A stretch of DNA of 61,739 nucleotides, filler included, from Choristocarpus tenellus KU-1152 (lineage: Eukaryota > Protista > Phaeophyceae), in NCBI GenBank assembly GCA_964200185.2. It is 9 parts of 9 records of this genome, joined end to end, with 100 filler letters (N's around TTAATTAATTAA, not from the genome) between each part and the next. Parts side by side here need not be neighbours in the genome. Positions count along the whole stretch, not along the records: positions 51,484 to 58,184 come from CAXNAD020007534.1; positions 58,285 to 61,739 come from CAXNAD020019922.1; 7 more parts are not named here. The stretch is one strand, 5' to 3'. Position 1 is the stretch's first letter. Each line of letters begins with the position of its first letter. The notes below the pieces were generated by a model. That model ran no database searches, was not told where the DNA came from, and saw nothing but the letters and a program-made list of their open reading frames with translations. This document shows positions 52,168 through 61,739 of the stretch, piece by piece. Made by a program: the position numbers and the translations under genes.

Positions 52168-55100
52168 CTTGTCCCCCAGCCCCTTCAAAAACTTAGCTTT
52201 GTCCTCATCGCACCAGTCCTCCAAGCGGTTACACCCATTGAGCTCACCGGCACACGCCTTCTCACCCACAAAACCTCTATCCCCACCGCCCCCAGTCGTA
52301 ACCCCTGCCCATGCCCCAGCCCCTCCATTTCCAAAACCCAACCCCGACCCCTTCCCCTCCAACAACCCGCCATTCAAGACCTGTGTCTCCGACAATTCAC
52401 TCTTGACCTGCTCATCACCCCCCCCCCCACGAACAACCCCATCACTGTCCTCTATCCTATCGCCTTCCAGAACCCCGGAATCCCCCAAAGATGTCGTTAC
52501 CCTGCCGGATGGAAGTTTACCCTTCTCCGATAATTCTACCGCTGACAACACCGATAATTCTCTGTCTGTTGTCACTGCTGCTGGTTCTGCAGTGACTTCG
52601 CATGCACATATCACACTATTTCCACTACTTACAGATACTGCGGCTTCACCAGGTGAAACTGCTGGAATGCTAGGAGAGGAGGAGGAGGAGGAGGAGGAAG
52701 AGGAGGAGGAGGAGGAGGAGGAAGAGGAAGAGGAAACCTGTACTCCCGCCGCCGGAGCAACCTCAGAGCTCATTCTCATTCTCATACCTCCATTCCGGTT
52801 GCTTCGCTGCCTTGTGAACATCCCTCCCTCGCTGACTTCTGGTGGCCTAGTCTTTCCCCTCCTGGAGACGTTCTCTTCCCGTCTCTGTTTAAGCGAGGTC
52901 AGCCAAGCCTCTGCAGCAGTGATATCATACCCGGATTGGTGCAGGGCCGTAATGGCATCTACGTGCGTGAGGACAGTGCCGTTCTTGGAGGAACAGCGTT
53001 GCCCAATACGCATTCGCTGTCACCATTTCATCATCATCATCATCATCAGATTGTTTGAAGCAGGGGAGTGGGAGTGAATGATAAAAAGGACACTTGAGTT
53101 TGTTGGAGGGGGGGGGGGGGGGGGGGGTGGGGGGGGGGGGTGGGCTATTTTAGGCACATTGTTCTAAGTTATTTGTATTGAGGTTTGGTTTTGGATTGGA
53201 GGATAACTTGAAGGTTTAGGTCCAGGACCAGTACGAGGATAAGGTTAGGGGCTGTGATCAAAATGGAGGGTTTAGGTTTTGGACTATTGTGCTCATGTAT
53301 AGAACCAGGGGAACACTGTATCGCCCTAGGGTTAGGGGGAAGACATTTGTTCAATTCTTGGCAAGCGATTTGTCAAGGCAACAGAACAGTAGTTTAGGGT
53401 TAAGGTTAGAATACCATGGATAGGGTTGTACTATAGGGTTAGGGTTACAATTTTGTGTACTATACACAGTCAGGGTTACAATTTTTGGGCTGAGGTTAAG
53501 GGCTGATCTCAATACTTTCAGCAATGTGTGTGAGGCTACAAAGCATAGCATTTCGGTTGTAAGGTAAGGTTAGATAGGAAAACTTCTACTGATGAGAATA
53601 CTTTTGAAAGAATTATCTGCTGAGATTCTACCTTAGAAAACACTGGTGGTTGAAGTTTAGAAACAACTTTTTTTTCTATCTGCTTTACATCAGCCATGGA
53701 AGTGAAAGAGTCCATAACCACGGATTCTTTTTTAATAAAGTCTCCTACGACAGAAGCATCTTCATCATCCTCTAAAAGCACAAATATCAAAGAGCTTAAG
53801 GCTACTTCTTGCAGGGCTAGTGATATTGTCAGTGGAATTTGGACACTAATGTACTAAAAATATAAAGGTGGGGACAAGTTTGGCACACTTGGAATGCCAC
53901 AACCAAGCAAAACCAGATCAACCACAACAATTTTGAGACAGACATGATCATCACATTGATAAGCTCTATGAATTACAAAAAGGGGGAGGGGTCGGGGGGG
54001 GGCAAACCAAAGCATTACCACAGAGTAACAACAACAACAAATTCGTTTGCTTGTCCAGTGTTGAGATGCCTCCCTTCCACCAAGGCATATAGTCGCATGA
54101 CTGCTTGCCCTGGTGGAACAGAGGTATCTCCACACTGGACAAATATCAGAGGCTGAGAACCTTCCCAGCACAGTCCGTGGGCCATCACCCGACTAATCAC
54201 TCGCAATCCCTCAGTGGTCATTTATTTCTACCTTCACAATTTTCATTGATCCTGTTCCTGGACCCCTCTCTCACTCTATTCTTATCCTCCAGTTGTAAGG
54301 AGTTGGGAAACCGATCTATCCGGGCTTTGATCGCACAAACCCTGATCTTGTCAATCTTGTCAAGTATTGAAATACCCAATGTTCCGTATTCAAGCCTCAA
54401 TGATAAGTTACCTTGATATTCAAATAAACACTCTAAAGAGGACCAACCATACTCTGTTAAAGAATAAAAATAAATAGTACTTCCAACTATCATCTACGTT
54501 TGCACCACATGTACACAGTCAAAGTATCTTAGAGGGTAGAGCTGCGTCCATTTGGGGGCCAAAATCCAATGTTGCGATTTTGATGTAATTTTGGCTTTTG
54601 TGTCGTGTTTGATAGGAAGAGTCAACATCCTTTATTCCGGACACACCTTTTCATAACGTACTCATTTTACCTACTCCAAAACATTTCAGAGTAGGAAAAA
54701 TATCATAAAACCCCCCCGTGGGAAGTCAAGTCCCAAACGGACAAACAGGGCAAATATTGTACCCTAACCCTAAGATACTTTCACTCACACACAGAAACAT
54801 ACATGTCTCCACATCTAAAATGCTTCTTTGACAACCCCCCCCACCCCCAGCACTTTCTACTTCTCACTATCCTGAACAATGTTTTCTTTGAATGCCAAGT
54901 GCCTCGTCTACATTCATACTTAAAATTAAAAGCACATCTCCTACTAAAAATACTTACTTCGAGGTATCTCTGATCACACGCCCAAACGCCTTCCACGATG
55001 CGACACGTAACTGTCAATCAAACACACACACACACACACAGTTTCGCATAGTGCAAAGGCGTTGCGAGACTTAAGGCAATTAAAAAAAAAATACAAGAAG

Positions 55101-57664
55101 GAAATACCACAGGACTTGTAAACCATCTAGAAGCAACAACAAACCACAATAATAGATAACCCTAACCCTAACCCTAAGCCCGTCCCGACCGTACACAGCT
55201 ACATCAAGTATTGAAAAGCAGGCAAGACTACTGTACAGTGTTCTCAGACTCTTCCCCCCCACCTTGAGAAGCTGATACATCCTCGCCTCTGACGGGGCAC
55301 GAGAAGGATCCCATTCAATGTTAGGCTTACGATGGTCCTGAGACAAAATTAGGGTTACGATTGGAGGTTATGGGTGTGAAAATGCGCACTTGTGGCTAAG
55401 GTTTTTAAGGCTACGAAAAAAAGGTAACTGCAACCGTTATGGTCATTACACGGGACTCATATAAACACTTAGTGTTACGGCTGTACAATAAGATACGACC
55501 ATAAGATACCCAACCAAGATGTAGGGGATATCGCTGAGAACTATATATATAGGGTTAGGGCAATGTGCACCAGAAGAAGGGGTTGTACAGAGTAACACAA
55601 ACATATCCTTCCAGAGCGTAATACGTTTCAATGTACAGAAATCCCATACTTAGAGGTCAGTGTCCTGCCTGCCCACTCAAGGTTACAACACAGCCGGAAA
55701 GAACCCTCAGACCCTCACACTCGTCCCTGAAGCAAAAGGCGTATCTATACACTCCACTCCACTCCACTATACTATACTCTAATATACTACACTCCACTTT
55801 ACTATACTATATTATACTCCACTCCACTCCACTATACTATACTATACTATATTATACTACACTACACTACACTCCACTATACTATACTATACTATATTAT
55901 ACTACACTATACTATACTACACTATACTCCACTCCACTATACTATACTATACTATATTATACTCCACTCCACTCCACTCCACTATACTATACTACACTAT
56001 ACTCCACTCCACTCCACTATACTATACTACACTATACTCCACTCCACTATACTATATTATACTACAATATACTATACTATATTATACTCCACTACACTAT
56101 ACTATACTATATTATACTACACTATACTATACTACACTACACTATACTCAATTACACTACTCCATTCCATGGAGAATCCTCTCCTAATTACACCTCACAC
56201 ATCCCAAGAACAGTTCTACCAGCTGTTGTACAAATGTTGCATGGGCAGTGTCCACGTTGTTCTCATCAGCACAAATACCCTACAGTCAGTTTTCACCACA
56301 AAAAAAAACCCATTCAAAATATGTAAAAAAAAAATGTCATATTTTATCGTACCATTAAATAAAAAATGTTTTCTTTCTATGCAAAGAAGTTATGATAACA
56401 GTATATACGAATTCTCAAGTCAATACCACGAGGGACAAGAATTTTACTAGAATTTTACTGGCTATCCAATCCATTTACTACAGGATAGGCTGCAATCACC
56501 GCTGAACAAAAAATTAAAACAAAAAAATATGTACACATTTGTGCTAATAAAAAAGCGTTGCTATAATATAATGAAGATACATCAAGGCATGCTCTGTTGG
56601 GAGCACTTGGGTATGTGTGTGGGTCAAAACATAAAAATACAGTTACACATCAGACTACTACCAAACCAATTTGAGGACACAAGCAAATGGAGGTATACTC
56701 CGCTCTCACACTGGGGTACAGTCAGAGAGACATTGATGACATCATTCCTTGCACCCAAAGAATAAAACGTCACACCTTACCAGAACCCTACAAAATAAAA
56801 AATAAAAACAATAGTGTGTAAGTAGGCGTTCGAGTCCCCACATCAAGGCCTTCCTCCACACTTCCAGACTGCACAAGTATAACGTTAATATAATAATATT
56901 ACAACAGTACCATAAAAAAACCCCATCACACTACTAAAGTGTACTGCTCCTGCAAGAATAACACTGATTAAAAACAATGTCTCAATATTCTCATAAATCT
57001 AAAAAAAAAACAAAAATAATGGGATCGGGTCAGCCGACAGACACCTTCCTTCACCCCTCCACAACACCGACGACGATCATCACAACGCCAGGTGCATCAA
57101 GCAACCCCCCCCCCTACCTTCCCTCTGACCCCACTCTCTCCCTACCCTCGTTTTCAAAAACTGTTACAACTACCCATCCCCACAACCTGTACCAACCACA
57201 CAGGAAATAAGCACTCAAGACATTGCACCAGCACTTGCAGTACTGACCTGCCCTGCAATACAAGCAAGGACTACAGACCACAAGATATTTCCAATTCCAT
57301 GCCTCAACCCAAGGTCAGTCCCACAGAGAACAGACTCTCTGTGACTTGAGGTATGGCCAAGGTGCGCTTGTTTGTGCTAATCAATAATTACCCCATCAAC
57401 ATTATCATTAATATCCCTAATCCTTTAATTCCTTCCTGACTTTCGCCAACCCCGATACCCACACAAACCTGGTGCATAGCATAGCATAGCATAGCATAGC
57501 ATAGCATAGCATAGCATAGTATGGCATGGTATAACCCACTTCAATTCAATTTGAGTGCCCTCATGAACTACAAAGAGGGACGGACTCACCTGTTGTTTAG
57601 CTTCTCTCGGATCACGTTCCATCACCTCAGTACTCCGCTCACACAGATCTGGGATCATGGTAGC
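52168..57664 (-). CDS. ELM2-SANT domain protein (MIER/CoREST/RERE-like co-repressor), internal exons
   Basis: Phase-0 exons 57664-57590 (ATMIPDL...), 55337-55263 (IEWDPSRAPSEARMYQLLK) and 53016-52168 (DAITALHQSGYDITAAEAWL, the ELM2 helices; a Ser/Gly-rich linker; DWCDEDKAKFLKGL, the SANT start). Confidence 0.78.
54516..54786 (+). mobile_element. MITE family B copy in ELM2-SANT intron, ACA target-site duplication
   Basis: Both TIRs present; ACA at 54513-54515 and 54787-54789; the right TIR contains (CCCTAA)2. Confidence 0.9.
55747..56165. repeat. Compound pentanucleotide microsatellite (TACTA/CACTC/TATAC/TATTA)
   Basis: About 420 nt of 5-mer variants. Confidence 0.95.
57474..57520. repeat. 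(GCATA)n microsatellite
   Basis: About nine perfect units. Confidence 0.95.
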
Positions 57665-57667
57665 CTA

Positions 57668-57813
57668 ATTAGGGTTGGGGTTAGAGTTAGGGCTATTTCA
57701 GTAAGCCAGGGCAGAGCCGGCATCAGTGTTAGTGTTGGGGTTGAAGTTAGGACTATTTCAGAGTGCTGGGATAGAGCCGGTATCAGTGTTAGTATTGGGG
57801 TTAGAGTTAGGGC
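57668..57813. repeat. 60-bp tandem repeat (about 2.4 copies) containing telomere-like GGGTTAGAGTTAGGG
   Basis: Unit TTGGGGTTAGAGTTAGGGCTATTTCAG...AGAGCCGG(C/T)ATCAGTGTTAGT. Confidence 0.75.
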
Positions 57814-58284
57814 TTGAGTGTGAGAGTAAGAGCACAATTTACTCCAACAGGTAGATATTTTCAGAGAACTAAACCTTAGTACTACGATAGGATCAATCTA
57901 CGAGATCATGAAGACAAAGGTGACTGCACCAGGAGATCTTCATATGAGAACGCCACACCATTACTACCAAACCCCTCAAAAAATCAAACACATCCCCAGA
58001 CATAGGGACCTAAGAGTTACAAAAACATAGCAGGTTGACAACAACGACGATCCATTTTTCGGGCTGGCTTGATTGTCAAGACACTCTCTACAATGATTGA
58101 TTTTCAATTCACAAGACCTCAATACAGAGCATCTCTCCATTCAAGGAAGGATATTGTTTTCCTCAACTTTTTCAGGGGGGGGGGNNNNNNNNNNNNNNNN
58201 NNNNNNNNNNNNNNNNNNNNNNNNNNNNTTAATTAATTAANNNNNNNNNNNNNNNNNNNNNNNNNNNNNNNNNNNNNNNNNNNN

Positions 58285-58457
58285 GGGGGGGGGGGGGGGG
58301 GAGGGGGTCTACACCAGGGTGTCCACTTGGAACAAAATCAGGAAAAGTGCATTTACGTTATCCATCCGACGTATGCAACCAAATCACACAAAAATCACGA
58401 AAAGAAAAAATTGACCCCAAAAGGACAGCCACCACCACCTCCCAGATACTTTGAGCC
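58285..58457 (+). mobile_element. MITE family A copy at contig start
   Basis: G-run-TCTACACCAGGG...CAGATACTTTGAGCC. Confidence 0.85.
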
Positions 58458-58479
58458 GTTACGACAAATGTTGGCCACG

Positions 58480-60420
58480 AGGAAGTGGCATAGCCGTTTG
58501 TCAACCTATGAAAGTTCGCCTTCACTTCCCCAGACTCGTTACCCCTTGAGTTTTGGAAGCTCCACACCACTTTCAGACTCTCAGCAATTGTGAAGAAGTG
58601 CTGCCCAGTCACTTATGGCTCGTTCTTCAGGAGGACATGTGCTTCGACCTTCTGTGAGGACTAGTGCGTTACCTCAAGGGGCATTTCTAAGGTATGGGGC
58701 ACTTTGGTGAGGGGTCCCAAATGGGTTGAGGGTATTCTGGTCGATATTCCGCTAAGAAATGAGTTTGGTGAATGAATCATTAGCCTAGATGGCAATAGCC
58801 ACTTCAACAGTGTACGCCTCTCAGTTTTCATCAAGGCCATCTCTGAGGTCCTATCAGGACTCCTGCCATGTGTACCCAAGGAAATGCAGAGGTAAACGTG
58901 ATATTCTTTCCCAATCGATGAGGCAGGGATGAAAACAATGCCCTCAAGGAACGGAGCAGATCAAGGAGTTCCCCTTGGCCCCTTCCTCTACTCTATAGTC
59001 ACAGCAAAAGCTCGAAGCATGTTCAGTCTACCTTTGGACCCCAGGAGGGTTTCCTCCCAATGACTCCTGGATGACATATATATATATATATATATCTCCA
59101 TAAGGGAGATAAGCTCCACTGCTGTAGCTGCTTTTGAACATCTAAAACGGACCAGTATGAGGTGGGTTGCAGTACTAAACACAAACAAGACCTATACCGC
59201 CCCACCTCTGGGCCACCCGCTCACGACCTTGGAATTGGATCTCCTAGGTACTGCGGGAATCAACCTGACTCCGGACCGAAATGGTTTTGTCACCCTGGGG
59301 GCTGCAGTAGGGACAGATGATTGAGAGCTCAGGCACAAATGCTGGACATTCACCCAAGTGAATCAAAGGATATACAGGTTCCTTTGCTCCTCAACTTCTG
59401 GTCCCTCTCTTCCCGTTCGGGTTATTTGGTGAGGTTCATTCCTCCCCACCTTGCAGGATTCACATTGGAACAACCCGGCAAGACCTCGCTGTGGACTCTG
59501 GAGAAGATAATATAGGTAGTAGACTCAGATGGGGCCACTGAATTCTTTGAAGGGATGCGCGAAAATGGTTTTCTTCACCTTGAAACATATCAACAAGTGC
59601 AGGCACACATGCCCATAAGTTCAGGGGGCCTAGGTCTATCCTCCATGACACATCACCACCTTGCACCTTTGTGGAATCGCTAATAGTCACTCTCTCTACC
59701 CTCCTAGCCTGGCAATAAGGGCCCCATGGAGAATTTTTTACTCGAGCCATTTGTGTGAGCCCCACAGTCCGGACCCTAGGGTTCTCGATTCACACTTCTC
59801 TCATCAGGAGTACCTTTGGAGGACTTGGTGTGGATTATTGGTCAAGACTGGGTAAACTCAGCAGGAACAACAGCCTGTGCTCCTGTCCCGGAGGTTCACA
59901 TTATGGCAACTCAAGATGCCAGGACCATGAGCAGGGCACAGTGTAAAATCTCCTGCCTTTGGAACAGCATGCGATTCAACTCCTTTCAAATGCAACTACC
60001 CAACCTTCTGAATTGATTTACAGGACTGAGGGAGGGAATGCTCTTTACTAGGTCTAGCCCACCACTGGGATCAGTGTGGGCAAGGGGCTAATGCATGGAC
60101 CTCCACAGAACCTTTAGAACACGCACGCTGGATTCCTCATGTGGAGCCATGGCAATGCATCCAATTTTACAGTTAGAAGTATTGGGCGCTTTGGTAAGCA
60201 AGGAATTCTTTCTGGATGAATGGGCCACCTCTGTATTAGCAGGGAGTGGGGTTGGTGGGTATTGCAGGAAAGGGCCAGTCCAATCTCGTCTGACACAGAT
60301 AGTGTCCAATACTGCACAAGAGACTCTCTTGAGATACCTCGTGCGTTTCAGGGTAGATACACGGGGTGGGTGGGGAAAAAGGGGCCTGACAGCGTTGTAG
60401 AAATATATATTCCCAAGACA
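58480..60420 (+). mobile_element. Decayed non-LTR retrotransposon (CRE-like reverse transcriptase pseudogene)
   Basis: Frameshifted RT motifs occur in the expected order: KKCCPVTYGSFFRR (RPIxxG..RR), DGNSHFNSV (DxxNAFNS), GADQGVPLGPFLYS (QGDPLGP), LDDIY interrupted by (AT)n, GFVTLGAAVGT, and GGLGLSS...FV. Clade assignment is from remembered motif style. Confidence 0.8.
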
Positions 60421-61652
60421 TCTGTATGTAAATGACTTGATTAATTCCTCATTGTGTAGAACAGGTAGTACATGAAGTAAGGAAGTTAGAAGGAGGAGTG
60501 AACATCCAAGCCCGAAAGTGGGGGGGTCCCGACCACCAAATCAATCCCACTCTGTGAATGACTCATCAAATTAATCAAAATAATCACAGGTTACTTCCCA
60601 CATTTCTTCCTCTTCCTGAACTCTTCCGTATTATAGTTCTTGAACCCAAACATATCTTCTATTCTTCAGAACACACAAATTGTACCTTCATCCTTAGATT
60701 GTTTCTTATATACAATCTTCTTTTGCACATGAACAAAAAGCATATTCTTGACACACTCTCGTGCCTTCATAAGGCTGAGCTATGTTACAAACATAAGCAG
60801 TGTACACATTGCTTAGTAGAGAATAATATCGAAGGAGATATTGTTGCTAGTTTCAAAAAGTACATATTTTAGGGAGGCATCTTAGCATTGACGACAACTA
60901 TTGCATTTACAGTAGTCCCTGTATCATGGTTTTGGGTTTGATATTCCTCCTTCCTGACACATTTGCAAAATGTCAAGATAGCATAACAATATCTAATAAA
61001 TAATACTTCAAAGTAGTGTACTTTGCATGGAAAGGGGGTTTGCTGTTGTCATAACGTTTATTGCCGTACATTATATCGCCATAGATTCTAATATTCTTTC
61101 CAAGAATGTTACAGGCACGCTCCAATAAAGCTCACCTCCACAGGATGTGTAGCTCCAACCCACAGGCCTATAGATGGCGCTGATGTTTGTACAAGGCTCC
61201 CAGGATACTCCGACAGTCAAAGGGGTTCAATCCACAGGTTAACGAACGTCAGCTCGGCAGAACAGTGGTACTCTTAATGAATCAATAAGCATATGAAAGG
61301 AAATCGGTATTATTTAAGAGTGTCCTTTGTGGGTGTCTTAGCCCTTTGGGAACTGAGCCATTTGGAGCCGTTTTTAGGATCTCTTATCATCATTTACCGT
61401 TTCAGGTTCTTTGGTTTGCAGACGTTGGAATACATTTGGGAACCGTTGCGGCCTACCCAAGTTACAGATACTATTCTGCAACTTTTTTGCAAATCGATCA
61501 GAGTTCCCCTTTTTGGGGTTCCCCACGTGTGAACACTGCTCGCGCCGGTTAAAGCACGGGAAGAAATACTCGAGCTACTCGCCTGTAACAAGAACCCTTG
61601 TGACGACCCTCGTGAAGTACCAAGGCTCAGGGAGAATCAGTCAGAAAGCAAA

Positions 61653-61739
61653 GACTCAAAGTATCTGGGGGGGGGGGGGGTGGAGGCCGTCCATTGGGGG
61701 TCCATTTTTCCATGTGGATTTTTTGGGGGGATTTGGTGG
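61653..61739 (-). mobile_element. MITE family A copy, runs off window end
   Basis: GACTCAAAGTATCTG-G-run...GTCCATT...TTTTTCCATG matches the 13135 copy. Confidence 0.8.

Noticed and set aside
52142-53077. 311-aa plus-strand ORF with poly-Glu
   Set aside because: Antisense shadow of the ELM2-SANT exon; the splice sites and motifs support the minus strand.
55631-56326. 231-aa Tyr/Thr/Leu-rich ORF
   Set aside because: Translation of a pentanucleotide microsatellite in an intron.
61135-61600. CpG-rich stretch with short ORFs on both strands, possibly a gene start
   Set aside because: No frame, motif or splice chain could be established.

Overview
Intron-rich eukaryotic nuclear DNA, probably a stramenopile alga of the brown-algal/PX type. 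This is an inference from intron style, TTAGGG-type repeats and gene content. The window is not one continuous locus: nine contigs are joined by eight artificial 100-nt N44-TTAATTAATTAA-N44 linkers, and several genes are cut off at them, so synteny across linkers is unreliable. Genes reconstructed by hand splicing: a complete 12-exon FMN-dependent 2-hydroxy-acid/glycolate oxidase (-); the 3' part of an AASDH-type NRPS-like protein (A-T-PQQ propeller); a GHSLG thioesterase head-to-head with a BFR1/PPI1-like coiled-coil gene; the 3' parts of TM9SF and NSUN2/Trm4; the 5' end of delta-COP; part of an ELM2-SANT gene; two unidentified gene fragments; and an intronless tRNA-Leu(CAA). Non-coding DNA holds several MITE/foldback families (two share a CAAAGTATCT TIR core and have 3-bp TSDs), decayed non-LTR retrotransposons, microsatellites and many short interstitial telomeric repeats. 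No convincing multi-gene novel system is visible. The most interesting signals are the stand-alone thioesterase with mixed TEI/TEII features, a telomere-repeat conversion inside a MITE TIR, the palindrome-bearing MITE family, a start-codon microexon, and a 5'-CpG-island versus gene-body CpG-depletion pattern.
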